From the IMG/VR virus record IMGVR_UViG_3300035208_002115: 64,000 nucleotides of DNA. The stretch is one strand, 5' to 3'. The stretch comes from a virus. Taxonomy: Duplodnaviria > Caudoviricetes. The notes under the pieces were generated by a model, which was not told the DNA's origin, searched no databases, and saw only the letters and a list, made by a program, of their open reading frames with translations. The position numbers and the translations under genes are program-made. Below are positions 20,736 through 31,402 of the stretch, in pieces (position 1 is the first letter of the stretch; each line of letters opens with the position of its first letter).

Positions 20736-21485
20736 ATGAATGAAAAAAATAAAAATATAAAAACCGAAGATAACAATTCAGTGTTTTTAGAAAATGAAGA
20801 TGGTGTCGATGAATACAATGAAATAAATTTAGGAAAAGATGTATTCGTTGATGAATCTTTTAATGAGGATGACGATGATGATGAACCATATATTGAAGCG
20901 GTAGAAGATGATGAAGATGGTGATGAAGATGAATCTGAAAAATCTGAAAATAAAAATAATTCTTCTGACAAACATGGTGATTTAAATGCTATATATCGTT
21001 TTAATAATAATAAACATAAGCGTGAAGGTCGTCACTCTCTGAAAAGAGATACCATATTTAAAGGTAAAGAGAATAAAGTAGAAATAGGTGAAGAAGATTC
21101 ATCTGACCATCCGATTAATAAAAATTATAAAATTGAATCTGGTAGTTTATTCGAACAAGAATCCAGAAATAATGAAGATTATGTGAATCAAAAAAATCTT
21201 TCTAATGATGTTTTTGAAATTTTAGAAAAATTTACTGATTTAGATTTTAAAAACAACCGAAGAAAACCAAATAAACAATCTTTTAATGATTATTATAGAT
21301 TGTTATTAGAACATCTTAGTATTAAGTATACCCATTCTGAATTGTTTGTAGAACTTGCTTATTATTTTTCGGATAATATTTTTAATATATTCAAACTTTT
21401 AGATAAAAAATATGCTACAATCGTAATCAGAGAACTAAAATCCAAAGGTTATTTAAAGAATTTAGATAACATAAATTTCGTTTAA
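20736..21485 (+). CDS. Hypothetical protein with highly acidic N-terminal half
   Basis: D/E-rich tract (EDDDDDEP...EDDEDGDEDESE) followed by a helical C-terminal domain; in the replication cluster. Confidence 0.6.
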   Translation: MNEKNKNIKTEDNNSVFLENEDGVDEYNEINLGKDVFVDESFNEDDDDDEPYIEAVEDDEDGDEDESEKSENKNNSSDKHGDLNAIYRFNNNKHKREGRHSLKRDTIFKGKENKVEIGEEDSSDHPINKNYKIESGSLFEQESRNNEDYVNQKNLSNDVFEILEKFTDLDFKNNRRKPNKQSFNDYYRLLLEHLSIKYTHSELFVELAYYFSDNIFNIFKLLDKKYATIVIRELKSKGYLKNLDNINFV

Positions 21486-21515
21486 TCGAAATATAAAAAA
21501 TTATGAAAATGAGAA

Positions 21516-24146
21516 ATGTCAAAATTGAAAATATACTCACGAGAAGAAGTATTAACGGAATCATTAAAATATTTCAAAGGTGATGAATTAGCAGCCGAAG
21601 TGTGGATAAATAAATATAGTTTAAAAGATTCATATGGGAATATATTTGAAAAATCGCCAGATGATATGCATCGAAGGATTTCCAGTGAACTTGCAAGAAT
21701 TGAAAAAAAATATAAAAATCCAATATCAGAAGAAGAAATTTATGATACTATAAAAGACTTCAAATTCATTATACCGCAAGGTGGCCCGATGAGTGGGATT
21801 GGAAATAATTTACAGATAGTAAGTTTAAGTAATTGTTTTGTAATTGGTGAAAATCCACATGATTCCTATGGTTCTATCTGCATGGTAGACCAACAACAAA
21901 TACAATTAATGAAAAGACGTGGTGGTGTTGGTCACGATTTATCTCATATCCGACCAAAAGGAACACCAGTTAAAAATAGTGCATTGACTTCAACAGGTGT
22001 TGTCCCATTCATGGAACGTTATTCGAATACAACTAAAGAAGTCGCCCAAGATGGAAGACGTGGTGCATTAATGATTAGTATATCAATAAACCATCCCGAT
22101 GCCGAGAGTTTTATTGATGCTAAAATGACAGCAGGTAGAGTAACTAACGCTAACGTATCAGTTAAAATTGATAATGGATTTATGAAATCTGTGATAAATA
22201 ATGAAGATTATTATCAAACATTTCCTATAAATTATGACATCTCTACATATACTAATCGTTCAGAGATGAAATACGATATTTTAGAAGAACATGGGTTTTA
22301 TAACGAAGATGGTAGTATGAAAACTGTGTATATTAAAAAAGTAGATGCTAAAAAAATATGGAATAAAATTATATTTAATGCATGGAAATCAGCCGAACCC
22401 GGCATTCTGTTCTGGGATAATATAATCAGTGAATCTATACCAGATTGTTATCAAGACCTTGGTTATAAGACTGTTAGTACGAATCCATGTGGTGAAATTC
22501 CATTGAATTCCTACGATTCGTGCAGGTTACTTGCATTGAATTTATATTCTTATGTTGAAAACCCATTCACAAAGGAAGCATATTTTAACTGGGATTTATT
22601 CAGAAAACATGTTCAGATGGGTCAGAGATATATGGATGATATCGTAGACCTTGAAATAGAAAAAATAGACCAAATATTAGAAAAAATCGAAAATGATTCT
22701 GAATCTGATAGAATAAAACTGGTTGAAAAGGATTTATGGGAAAATATTCGAAAAATGGCTATTAATGGTAGACGAACTGGTCATGGTATAACAGCAGAAG
22801 GTGATATGTTAGCAGCTTTAGGTTATATTTATGGTACAAAAGATGCTACCAATTTCTCGGAAACTATTCACAAAGAGTTCATGTTAGAATCATATCGTTC
22901 ATCCGTGATTATGGCAAAAGAACGTGGTGCATTTCCTATATATGATTGGAATAGAGAAAAAGAAAATCCCTTTATAAACAGAATTTATAATTTAGATTCC
23001 GAGCTGTATAAAGAAATGGTTGAATATGGTCGTAGAAACATTGCCCTACTCACAATTGCTCCAACTGGGACTGTATCATTAATGACCCAAACAACATCTG
23101 GTATTGAACCATGTTTCCTACCAGTTTATATGAGAAGACGAAAAATTAATTCACAAGAAAAAAATGTGCGTGTTGATTTCACAGACGATGAGGGTGTAGC
23201 TTGGCAAGAATATCCAGTATTTCATCATAAATTTGAAACGTGGCTTGGCGTAAATGGTTTTGATATTGAAGCAGTAAAAGATATGAAGAAAGAACAATTA
23301 GATGAGATTGTTAAACAATCACCATATTATAAAGCCACTGCAAATGATGTTGACTGGGTTGAAAAAGTTGAAATGCAGGGTCGTATACAAAAATATGTTG
23401 ACCATTCCATATCGGTTACAGTTAATCTTCCAAGTAATGCAACTGAAGAAATTGTAGCCAAGGTATATGAAAGAGGCTGGTCAAGTGGATGTAAAGGTAT
23501 AACAGTTTATCGTGATGGTTCTCGTTCTGGTGTTTTAATTTCTAAAAAGGAACAAAAAGAAAAAGAAAAACTTGATGCTTTTAAAGACCACAATGCACCT
23601 AAAAGACCAAAACGGTTAAAAGCCGATATTATTCGTTTTCAAAATGATTCTGAAAAATGGATTGCTGTTGTTGGTTTATTAGATGGTAGACCATATGAAC
23701 TATTCACTGGCCGTCTTGTAAACGGAATGTCTTCCCTATCACCAACTATTAAAGAATGTGAGGTTATTAAGAGTAAAATAGATGGTGAAGATGGTAAGAA
23801 GATTTCTCGTTATGATATGGAATATACTGATGTAGATGGTGAAAAGAAAACATTTTTTGAATTAAATCATTCTTTTAACCCCGAATTTTGGAATTATGCA
23901 AAATTGGTGAGTGGTTTATTACGTCATGCAATGCCTTTGATATATGTTTATGAATTAATAAATTCTTTAAACCTAAATGATGCCCATTTAAATACTTGGA
24001 AAGCTGGGGTCACAAGAGTTATTAAGAAATATATTAAAGACGGTGAAAAAGTAAAAGGTGTTTGTCAAGAATGTGGTAGTGAACATGTTGAATTTAAAGA
24101 GGGGTGTATGACTTGCATGAGTTGTGGTTCGAGTCGTTGTTCCTAA
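21516..24146 (+). CDS. nrdJ: Class II (adenosylcobalamin-dependent) ribonucleotide reductase
   Basis: SNCFV, RRGALM, EPGILF, TNPCGE, TIAPTGT, KGITVYRDGSR and a C-terminal CxxC...CxxCxxC; no small subunit adjacent. Confidence 0.92.
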   Translation: MSKLKIYSREEVLTESLKYFKGDELAAEVWINKYSLKDSYGNIFEKSPDDMHRRISSELARIEKKYKNPISEEEIYDTIKDFKFIIPQGGPMSGIGNNLQIVSLSNCFVIGENPHDSYGSICMVDQQQIQLMKRRGGVGHDLSHIRPKGTPVKNSALTSTGVVPFMERYSNTTKEVAQDGRRGALMISISINHPDAESFIDAKMTAGRVTNANVSVKIDNGFMKSVINNEDYYQTFPINYDISTYTNRSEMKYDILEEHGFYNEDGSMKTVYIKKVDAKKIWNKIIFNAWKSAEPGILFWDNIISESIPDCYQDLGYKTVSTNPCGEIPLNSYDSCRLLALNLYSYVENPFTKEAYFNWDLFRKHVQMGQRYMDDIVDLEIEKIDQILEKIENDSESDRIKLVEKDLWENIRKMAINGRRTGHGITAEGDMLAALGYIYGTKDATNFSETIHKEFMLESYRSSVIMAKERGAFPIYDWNREKENPFINRIYNLDSELYKEMVEYGRRNIALLTIAPTGTVSLMTQTTSGIEPCFLPVYMRRRKINSQEKNVRVDFTDDEGVAWQEYPVFHHKFETWLGVNGFDIEAVKDMKKEQLDEIVKQSPYYKATANDVDWVEKVEMQGRIQKYVDHSISVTVNLPSNATEEIVAKVYERGWSSGCKGITVYRDGSRSGVLISKKEQKEKEKLDAFKDHNAPKRPKRLKADIIRFQNDSEKWIAVVGLLDGRPYELFTGRLVNGMSSLSPTIKECEVIKSKIDGEDGKKISRYDMEYTDVDGEKKTFFELNHSFNPEFWNYAKLVSGLLRHAMPLIYVYELINSLNLNDAHLNTWKAGVTRVIKKYIKDGEKVKGVCQECGSEHVEFKEGCMTCMSCGSSRCS

Positions 24147-24163
24147 TAACCAAGTAGTTAGAT

Positions 24164-24196
24164 AAAAACCCTTCCGAATAAGAAGGTTTTTATTTT
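24164..24196. terminator. Bidirectional terminator
   Basis: AAAACC(C)TTC-loop-GAAGGTTTT between convergent genes. Confidence 0.6.
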
Positions 24197-24577
24197 TTAT
24201 TTTTTATTTAACTTATCTTTAAGATATTCAAGCATTGGTATAGCCTCAGATTTTCTGAATTTTTGTCCAACTTGAATTTTCATACCTCTTTTATCATAGT
24301 ATAATAATACTGGGTCATCTTTCCACATAAAAGACCATAAAGCGTTACGATGTGTATAAGTTGGATGAAATATTGGTTTAAATCCCAAAAGTTCTGTTAT
24401 TTTATTCCATTTTTTATATATGGAAGAATTAGCATCAATATCATTACGGGTATGATACCATGATATAACAGCCATGTAAGAATCGAAAATATTCCCAAAT
24501 AACATTCTGTTATTTATTGGAGTTGATTCCAATTCTAATTTTCTAACTATTTCTTTATCAGTTAGTGGTATTAACAT
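24197..24577 (-). CDS. Hypothetical protein
   Basis: Probable start MLIPLTD at 24577, abutting the upstream stop. Confidence 0.55.
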   Translation of the reverse strand: MLIPLTDKEIVRKLELESTPINNRMLFGNIFDSYMAVISWYHTRNDIDANSSIYKKWNKITELLGFKPIFHPTYTHRNALWSFMWKDDPVLLYYDKRGMKIQVGQKFRKSEAIPMLEYLKDKLNKK

Positions 24578-24578
24578 A

Positions 24579-24842
24579 TCATTCTTTATTATGTTTCTGA
24601 CACACACCATCCAGATGATTGGTCATTTGAATACATTCTGGACAATATTCGAGATTAAACTCTTTAAATATTGACCAATCACTTTCAAAATAATCAAATT
24701 TATGGAATCGTTCCTCATATTCATAACCATCTTCAGTAATCAATTTACCATCTTTAAATTCAAGATATTCATAATCTAAAAAATATCTATGGGTAATTTT
24801 TTTACCACTTATGGCTGCTTCAAGTGCTTCGGTTCGGTTCAT
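24579..24842 (-). CDS. Hypothetical protein with C-terminal Cys/His motif
   Basis: GKKITHRYF...CPEC...H...C. Confidence 0.55.
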   Translation of the reverse strand: MNRTEALEAAISGKKITHRYFLDYEYLEFKDGKLITEDGYEYEERFHKFDYFESDWSIFKEFNLEYCPECIQMTNHLDGVCQKHNKE

Positions 24843-24917
24843 ACTTTTCTAAATAAGTGATATTTTATTGTTAAAATGTTCAACAATCAAAGAAGTTACA
24901 ATAACAGTCATGATATA

Positions 24918-25121
24918 TTATAATAATTCGGTTTCTTTTAAATAATGTAATTTACCACATTTTTTACATTTATCGACAGTATATGAGGTTTCATCCCAAT
25001 GAGACCAACCATCTCCACCATAATGCATTGCAGCGTGTTCACTATATGATGAACGTTTTTCTGTTTTTCTGGTGGCTGTATTTGAAACAGTTTTATCACC
25101 ACATTTATGTTTTATGGTCAT
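24918..25121 (-). CDS. Small Zn-ribbon protein
   Basis: HKCG...CKKCG. Confidence 0.5.
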   Translation of the reverse strand: MTIKHKCGDKTVSNTATRKTEKRSSYSEHAAMHYGGDGWSHWDETSYTVDKCKKCGKLHYLKETELL

Positions 25122-25130
25122 AATAATGGT

Positions 25131-25352
25131 TTAAAGTTCCATAGTATTTTTTAGCTTATAATATTCATACCACCCTTTTATCGCATCTTCATTTTGTTTT
25201 CCCAAAAATGGTGCTTTAATCAAAGAACAAATATCTGCTTTTTGTTCAAGAGTTAGTTCTTCCCAGTTTGTATCCCAGAAATCGATATCGGATTCTTCAA
25301 TTTGTAGAATCTCATCACCTGTTATCTGATTAATTTTTCCTGTTTTTATCAT
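25131..25352 (-). CDS. Hypothetical protein
   Basis: Tightly packed minus-strand ORF. Confidence 0.5.
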   Translation of the reverse strand: MIKTGKINQITGDEILQIEESDIDFWDTNWEELTLEQKADICSLIKAPFLGKQNEDAIKGWYEYYKLKNTMEL

Positions 25353-25381
25353 AATATTTTTATATTTTTATATTTTTATTA

Positions 25382-25621
25382 TTAATATCCTCTGGCTACC
25401 CAGAATTGTTTCCAAGTTAAGAAATTTCTTTCGGGTTTTTTACTGGAGTCAAATTCATATGTTGTAGTAGTACCATAAACCAATCTACTCGAATCATATG
25501 AATTTGTACAGGCCATACCTTTTGATTTAGCCACGATATATCTATCTCTTTCATTTAATGTCAGGAAGAAATAAAAAATCCAAAGTATAAAATATGGTAT
25601 GGTTAATAATATTTTTTTCAT
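25382..25621 (-). CDS. Small membrane-anchored protein
   Basis: N-terminal hydrophobic helix. Confidence 0.5.
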   Translation of the reverse strand: MKKILLTIPYFILWIFYFFLTLNERDRYIVAKSKGMACTNSYDSSRLVYGTTTTYEFDSSKKPERNFLTWKQFWVARGY

Positions 25622-25626
25622 GATGT

Positions 25627-26109
25627 TTAATCGAAATTAAATTCTGCAACCCATAACTGTTCTATTATATGATGAGGTAGTTCTTTCGGTCTATTTATTT
25701 TTTTACTCAGCTCAGTTTGTTTTTCATCACTCAAATTGTTCCACCATTTCATAGCTTTTGCTCTTTGTATTGATGGGTTTTTTATTTTTTTAATTCGTGT
25801 TTCAATTTCCTTTTCAAATTCATCTTGTTCTTTAGTATATTTGGAAAAAATAACTCGAATTATTTTTAAGAATCTACTATCCGACTTTAAAATTTGGTCT
25901 AAATTCTTTTTATATGTCAATTTTTTTACTGTTTCATTCTTATGAATAAGTGGGTATTCATCCAATAAAATAAGAAATAATGTTGTTAATTCTTCATCTG
26001 AATATAATGTAATATCATTAAGTACATCTGACAACATTTTTGTAGACATTTTCGTAGACAGTTTTTGTCTTAAATTCTCTGAGAAGTTTTCTACTGATAT
26101 TTTTTTCAT
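25627..26109 (-). CDS. Hypothetical protein
   Basis: 160-aa ORF in the operon. Confidence 0.55.
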   Translation of the reverse strand: MKKISVENFSENLRQKLSTKMSTKMLSDVLNDITLYSDEELTTLFLILLDEYPLIHKNETVKKLTYKKNLDQILKSDSRFLKIIRVIFSKYTKEQDEFEKEIETRIKKIKNPSIQRAKAMKWWNNLSDEKQTELSKKINRPKELPHHIIEQLWVAEFNFD

Positions 26110-26123
26110 GATAATTGTTTTTG

Positions 26124-26423
26124 TTATAATTTAGATACACCACCATACCCAACTACAAAAAATAATTTACCATCTACTTCATAAAGAAAAGTTGATGGTT
26201 CATCTCGAACAGTTCTTTTTTCGATTAATTTTATCCTTGGTTCGTTCTTTGTTATGTCAATATTTGGATTTTGTATCACAGGGAACGAATCAAAATCTGA
26301 TTGATGTACTGGTATATCAATTAATTCAGAAGATTTATTTTCTTCTTTACAAGAAAATATTATTATTAGTATTAATAATGATACTAATGCCAAGATGAAA
26401 TTTTTGTGATTAATTGGTTTCAT
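26124..26423 (-). CDS. Putative lipoprotein
   Basis: Hydrophobic signal ending LIIIFS-C. Confidence 0.55.
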   Translation of the reverse strand: MKPINHKNFILALVSLLILIIIFSCKEENKSSELIDIPVHQSDFDSFPVIQNPNIDITKNEPRIKLIEKRTVRDEPSTFLYEVDGKLFFVVGYGGVSKL

Positions 26424-26433
26424 ATTATAAATT

Positions 26434-27036
26434 TTAGTTTTTATTTTTTTTTATCTCACAACAACCTGCTCTACAAGCAGTGTCATTATGTGTCGTTATA
26501 GCTGATAAACATCTCCAGTAACCACCACCATCTTCAAGCGTGTTCATTTTATTCATAGCACCATGCTTCTTACAATGTGGTGTACCATTTTTAATTTCAA
26601 CTAAATCGAAATCAGCATAATTTATTGGAATGATATTTATTTCAATCTGGTGAGTTAAATCTTTAAATGGTAATTCACTATCACTTAAAAACATGTAAAG
26701 ATTTTGTAAATGACTTACCGAATGAGCAAAACAAAGAAGTTCTCCTTTTGGATAATAAACTGGAAAATCGTTACCTTCACATGCTTCCACTACTAAATTT
26801 CCAATATCATAAAAACGCCTGAAACCAACTTTGTGTGATGGTTCAAATCCAAGATTGAACATTAATATGGATGCTGTTAATGGTATATCGGTGTACTTAT
26901 TTAAATAATTACCAGTCAAGATATAATAGTGGATATGTCGGTCAACTATAACAACAATTTTGTTATATTTTCCAGTATTGAGGTCGAGTTCTTCAGACCA
27001 CACTGCATTTCCTATATTTATCCGTTTAATATCCAT
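26434..27036 (-). CDS. Hypothetical protein (YopX-like N-terminus, Cys-rich C-terminus)
   Basis: IPLT..IL...GF...VSHLQNLY pattern; C..HG...WRC...C.AGC. Confidence 0.45.
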   Translation of the reverse strand: MDIKRINIGNAVWSEELDLNTGKYNKIVVIVDRHIHYYILTGNYLNKYTDIPLTASILMFNLGFEPSHKVGFRRFYDIGNLVVEACEGNDFPVYYPKGELLCFAHSVSHLQNLYMFLSDSELPFKDLTHQIEINIIPINYADFDLVEIKNGTPHCKKHGAMNKMNTLEDGGGYWRCLSAITTHNDTACRAGCCEIKKNKN

Positions 27037-27046
27037 TAATTATCCA

Positions 27047-27238
27047 TTAATTTAAAATGAAACGACAACTTCCAAAACTTGTTAAATGCCCATCATCATC
27101 ATTCAACCAAAAATTTGAACCTTCAACATCTACAATAGTGTACTTATTACCAACAGTAACGTTTGGTTTATAGAATCTCAACTGTGGTAATTCTTTAAGT
27201 TCTAATTTCTGCCCGATATATGATTTTAATTCATTCAT
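27047..27238 (-). CDS. Small hypothetical protein
   Basis: Packed ORF, SH3-like beta pattern. Confidence 0.45.
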   Translation of the reverse strand: MNELKSYIGQKLELKELPQLRFYKPNVTVGNKYTIVDVEGSNFWLNDDDGHLTSFGSCRFILN

Positions 27239-27240
27239 GT

Positions 27241-27519
27241 TTATTTATCAAAATCACTTACACTTCCGTTTTCTTCTTTTTTGATATCCTCATAAGGACT
27301 TGCGACAGTTCGGTAAAATTCCATTTTGGCACAATCGATAGCACCCATGATATTATTCATGTTCTGGTATTTTTTCCCTCTTTTTTGAAGAATTTTGTGC
27401 ATCAACAATGAAATACAATAATTTAAATCACCATCTGTTTCTATGTTGTCTGCAAGTTTCTGTACTGGTTCTTCAAATTTTATTCTATCTTCTTTGGTTG
27501 TTTCGTGTATTACAGCCAT
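27241..27519 (-). CDS. Conserved phage protein (DUF6899-like)
   Basis: GDLNY.I...Y...N..MGA..CAK.EFYR....PYED.K..ENG.V. Confidence 0.6.
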   Translation of the reverse strand: MAVIHETTKEDRIKFEEPVQKLADNIETDGDLNYCISLLMHKILQKRGKKYQNMNNIMGAIDCAKMEFYRTVASPYEDIKKEENGSVSDFDK

Positions 27520-27583
27520 AATGTTTTACATTTTTAATGGAACAAATATAATAGAAATAAAAATATAAAAAAATAATAATAAG

Positions 27584-28069
27584 TTAAATAATTTCTATAT
27601 TTAGTGGTACACCTTTATATGTAGCATCACCCCAACCACTGACGAACACTTTTTTCCCTTTCCACTCTGAGAAATCAATATTACAGAATCTTTTTATTTC
27701 TGGTTCAATATTATCCAGATTAAGTCCCCGACAATGACCTTTAGCAATAGTCATTATAATGTACCTTCTTGCCCGTTCTTGGTATGTTTCTATATCGTCA
27801 AATCCTAATAACTCAGCTTGCTGTATTGCAAATTTTTCACATGCATATTCTCGTTGATACAATTTACCAAAATAGCCATCGATAACATGTTTGATTTCAT
27901 GTATACCAACACAGAACCTATCCAAATCCGTAGGATGGGGTATTTTTACTTGTTTATCATTCCAATACGCCCTTCCACAAGATGTGCGAGACCATTTGAC
28001 CACTTCTATTTTATATTGCTTTAAAAGCCTTTTAAGATGCTTCTCGGCTATGTCTTTATCGAACTTCAT
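27584..28069 (-). CDS. HEXXH zinc metallopeptidase-like protein
   Basis: GRAY...IHEIKH...REYACEKFA. Confidence 0.6.
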   Translation of the reverse strand: MKFDKDIAEKHLKRLLKQYKIEVVKWSRTSCGRAYWNDKQVKIPHPTDLDRFCVGIHEIKHVIDGYFGKLYQREYACEKFAIQQAELLGFDDIETYQERARRYIIMTIAKGHCRGLNLDNIEPEIKRFCNIDFSEWKGKKVFVSGWGDATYKGVPLNIEII

Positions 28070-28070
28070 A

Positions 28071-28349
28071 TTACTCTATTATTGTGATTATTTTATACCA
28101 CAATTCAGTTCTTGTGTTTCCACAGGAAATACAATCTCTGAATATTAAAGTATCACCATTATCCATAGTTGAACCAACAGTGCCGTGCTTCCAATAACTA
28201 TTCACTGGTCTGTCAACAAACCTGACAACTGCATCACCTTTTTCAAAGGTGGTAGATAATACACATTTTTTACCGTCAACTTCAGCTATAAAAGCTGATG
28301 TGAAAATATCGGTATTATATTTATAACCTGTTAACTTTTCCATTTCCAT
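28071..28349 (-). CDS. Hypothetical protein
   Basis: Packed ORF. Confidence 0.5.
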   Translation of the reverse strand: MEMEKLTGYKYNTDIFTSAFIAEVDGKKCVLSTTFEKGDAVVRFVDRPVNSYWKHGTVGSTMDNGDTLIFRDCISCGNTRTELWYKIITIIE

Positions 28350-28351
28350 AA

Positions 28352-28534
28352 TTATCTTAATTCATATCCTGAAACTAATCCAGCTTTTTCCCATGCTTTA
28401 ACTTCTTTTCGAGCTTCTTCTTCAGTTTTCAAAAAGTTCTTTCTAATCGTAGTCCGTTTCTTACTACCAATAGGACATCCTTTCGGTAATATAGTTGTAA
28501 CGACATAAGGGTATTCTTTTTTAGTTCGTATCAT
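28352..28534 (-). CDS. Small basic hypothetical protein
   Basis: Packed ORF. Confidence 0.5.
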   Translation of the reverse strand: MIRTKKEYPYVVTTILPKGCPIGSKKRTTIRKNFLKTEEEARKEVKAWEKAGLVSGYELR

Positions 28535-28546
28535 AATATAAATTTT

Positions 28547-28843
28547 TTAATAAGGACAAAATTCTTCGTATGTCATTATTTGATTTACATTATTCCATTT
28601 ACTGGTATCAATTTTATCTATTGAACCTGTTTTAGAATCGAAAATTTTTACTCCCCTACATATTTTTTTACCTTCTACTGATTTGTATGGTAATTTATCC
28701 AGTTTTGGTGAATATAAATTAATAGATTCCTGACTTGTATTCTTAACAAGTATATGAGTGTTTTTTTGTGTCTCATAAATAGAAAACCATTCTAATTTTA
28801 AAATAGATTCCATTTTTAAATATCCAATATTTTTTACTATCAT
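28547..28843 (-). CDS. Hypothetical protein
   Basis: Probable start MIVKN at 28843, which avoids overlap with the upstream gene. Confidence 0.5.
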   Translation of the reverse strand: MIVKNIGYLKMESILKLEWFSIYETQKNTHILVKNTSQESINLYSPKLDKLPYKSVEGKKICRGVKIFDSKTGSIDKIDTSKWNNVNQIMTYEEFCPY

Positions 28844-28853
28844 AATTAAAATA

Positions 28854-29708
28854 TTATTCAGGTAAATACATCCATTTAATAACATCTAAGCTATATGACA
28901 ATTCTGAATCATCATCAACTGTTCTCCAACTATGGTCATCCCAATTACCATATTTTATGATGGCTGGAACTTGTTTTCCACTTGACCATTGTAATATAGC
29001 CACTACTGGTTTTTCTGGTTCAGGGGCATTGGTATATTTCCCTTCTTTTAATTCCAAAATAGTCCAAGGAGATTCTGTTTTTTTATTATTTTGTATAATT
29101 TTATCTGCCCTATCTCTCGCAATTACAAGACCGACAGTTTTGCCACGAGAAAAGGACTTTGTTTGCATCGGGTCTGTTTTCATATCCAATAGCCCAGTAT
29201 CACCTTTTAATATCCCATTGTTTATTTTTATTACCTCATCAGATAATGATTTAGATAAATCACAAATAGCATCATACAAATCATTATATGAAAATGCTTG
29301 GGTTTCAGTGACTTTGTTAATTTCGGATTCAGGTATTGGTTCGGACGTTATTTCAGGTTCAGATTTAGGTTCAACTTCTTCTTTCACTGATTTTGATACT
29401 TCAACACCATCTTTATATATGGGTAATTCTTCAAGACCCATACCATCTATTGACACTGGTTTTGTTTTTATAGTTTTACCCTTTGGAGTTAATATATAGG
29501 AGAAATGGTCTCTTGCACCAGCCTGAAAAATTAACCCCATTTCAACCAATCGGAAAAATAACCCATTATTGATACGAAATTGATATTTCGAACTACACAC
29601 CAATGCACCAGACATTTCCATGTCTGTAATTAATTCCCAACCATTCTGGAGTAGATACATTACAGAATTCTGTTTTGGTGTTAATTTTTTATTTTCTGAG
29701 TTGTCCAT
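28854..29708 (-). CDS. Multi-domain hypothetical protein (wHTH-like N-terminus, DUF551-like C-terminus)
   Basis: FRLVEMGLI...YILTPKG; W...PE...V...VIKWMYLPE. Confidence 0.5.
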   Translation of the reverse strand: MDNSENKKLTPKQNSVMYLLQNGWELITDMEMSGALVCSSKYQFRINNGLFFRLVEMGLIFQAGARDHFSYILTPKGKTIKTKPVSIDGMGLEELPIYKDGVEVSKSVKEEVEPKSEPEITSEPIPESEINKVTETQAFSYNDLYDAICDLSKSLSDEVIKINNGILKGDTGLLDMKTDPMQTKSFSRGKTVGLVIARDRADKIIQNNKKTESPWTILELKEGKYTNAPEPEKPVVAILQWSSGKQVPAIIKYGNWDDHSWRTVDDDSELSYSLDVIKWMYLPE

Positions 29709-29709
29709 A

Positions 29710-30045
29710 TTATTTTAATTCGTTTAATGCTTCTAATCTAAAATTCTTAAATTCCTGTTCAGTTGCAACAGTAACATAATCTCTTAGAATATAAGTAATA
29801 TTCTCATCTATTACATTATTTGATACATGAATTATATCACTTATGATTGAGGTATTTAAACTAAATCCTTTAACTACTTTAATCACGAGTATATAACTAA
29901 TTAATTTTTTGTCGTGTGTGTGATATACTGGAAACATTTTAACAATAGAATCTTTTTTATGATTCCACCATCCATAGTAAGGGAAACTAACATCTAATGT
30001 TAATGTTTCATTTACCACTTTCGTATTGTTGACTTGTATATTCAT
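29710..30045 (-). CDS. Hypothetical protein
   Basis: First gene of the minus-strand operon; TATTTTTG box upstream. Confidence 0.5.
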   Translation of the reverse strand: MNIQVNNTKVVNETLTLDVSFPYYGWWNHKKDSIVKMFPVYHTHDKKLISYILVIKVVKGFSLNTSIISDIIHVSNNVIDENITYILRDYVTVATEQEFKNFRLEALNELK

Positions 30046-30156
30046 TTGTAATCAATTTAAAAATATCTCAAAAATAATATATTTAATATTATAAAAAAAA
30101 TCGTGTTAATCTATTATCAAAAAATAATATATAAAACAAAATAAAATAGGTGTTTC

Positions 30157-30978
30157 ATGCTTAATTATAAATTATTTGAATTCTTAAATAAAGCCAAAAT
30201 AATACTTAAACAGAATGATATTCCAGAGACTAATCCAGATTTTTTAAAATTAAAAGATTTATTAAAAAATAATATGGGTTATATCGGTAAATTTACTGAA
30301 TGGTTAGTAAGAGACCACGAATTATTTGATAAATTAAAAGAAGTATTTAATGAATTACAAAACACACCTAATTTAGATATTAAATGGGATTCTTTTGATA
30401 AGTTGGAAAAACTGTATGATTATCTTCAAAAATTTAATGCAAATAAAAAAATAAATCAGGTTTTAAAAGCTTTACCATCCAGAACCAGAGAATTAGTTAA
30501 TGATGAATTAAGAAATTTAATATTATTAAACACAGAATATTCTAAACCTTTAATTACTTTTTATTCAAAAAAAGGTGGTCGTTATAAAGATATTGAATCT
30601 CTAATAATTGATACTGAAGATTTCATTGATAATTTAAAAGGTGAATTTAACCTTATTGCATATCTCGAAAAAATAAAAGGATATAATGTCGATATTATAG
30701 AAGCCAGAGAAGATGTTTTGATGATTAAAGTAAACGATTATGAAGCTTCTTGCGCTTTGGGTTCTAAACTTTGGTGTATTAGCACATCTAAAGAACATTT
30801 TGATAATTACGCCAATGCATTTAAAGTTCAGTTTTTTATTTATGATTTCACCAAAAAACGTTCAGATATACACCATATGATTGGTGCTACGATAAATCCA
30901 CAGGGAGATATAGTAAACGCTCATTGGGCAAATGATGACTCAGTTGAAGATTATTCTATATTTGATGAGATGGGTTAA
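30157..30978 (+). CDS. Putative internal virion protein (CTS-like start; PcfJ-like C-terminal domain)
   Basis: Starts MLNYKLFE; YEASCALGSKLWCIS...F..Y...FFIYDF; TAATATATA at 30125-30133. Confidence 0.5.
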   Translation: MLNYKLFEFLNKAKIILKQNDIPETNPDFLKLKDLLKNNMGYIGKFTEWLVRDHELFDKLKEVFNELQNTPNLDIKWDSFDKLEKLYDYLQKFNANKKINQVLKALPSRTRELVNDELRNLILLNTEYSKPLITFYSKKGGRYKDIESLIIDTEDFIDNLKGEFNLIAYLEKIKGYNVDIIEAREDVLMIKVNDYEASCALGSKLWCISTSKEHFDNYANAFKVQFFIYDFTKKRSDIHHMIGATINPQGDIVNAHWANDDSVEDYSIFDEMG

Positions 30979-31193
30979 TTATAATGTTCTATATAATAAT
31001 CAAATAATTCACTTTCTGATAGATATTTATAATGACCTTTAATATCATACATCAATATATTACCTCGTATAGTTGTGGTTTGTCGGTCTTTCCAGTCTAA
31101 AAAGAAAATGATAGTATTTATTGTAATGGTGGTTTCTAAAATCATAATTAAATTACAATTAAAATCTATTAATAGATTGGGTTGATAATCCAT
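30975..31193 (-). CDS. Small hypothetical protein
   Basis: ORF present; start uncertain. Confidence 0.35.
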   Translation of the reverse strand: MDYQPNLLIDFNCNLIMILETTITINTIIFFLDWKDRQTTTIRGNILMYDIKGHYKYLSESELFDYYIEHYN

Positions 31194-31402
31194 TTATCAC
31201 ACTTATCATCGAACATATCAATCATGGCCTTTGGATTTTTACACACACAATTACATTCAGCTATTTTACAAAACCCAGCTTCGGCCATAAAATGTATAAA
31301 ATTCAAACAACTACCACAACAAAGAAGGAACATTTCCTTTTCTTTTTGGAGTGCTTCTTCTTCATTAAAATTGGTTTTATCAGGTTGTGATAAATTTTCC
31401 AT
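31169..31402 (-). CDS. Small Cys-rich protein
   Basis: CCGSC...GFC...C.C.C...CDKW. Confidence 0.5.
   Translation of the reverse strand: MENLSQPDKTNFNEEEALQKEKEMFLLCCGSCLNFIHFMAEAGFCKIAECNCVCKNPKAMIDMFDDKCDKWIINPIY

Noticed and set aside
20860-20945. GATGAA/GATGAT-rich low-complexity tract as a DNA repeat element
   Set aside because: Explained by the Asp/Glu-rich segment of ORF 20736-21485.
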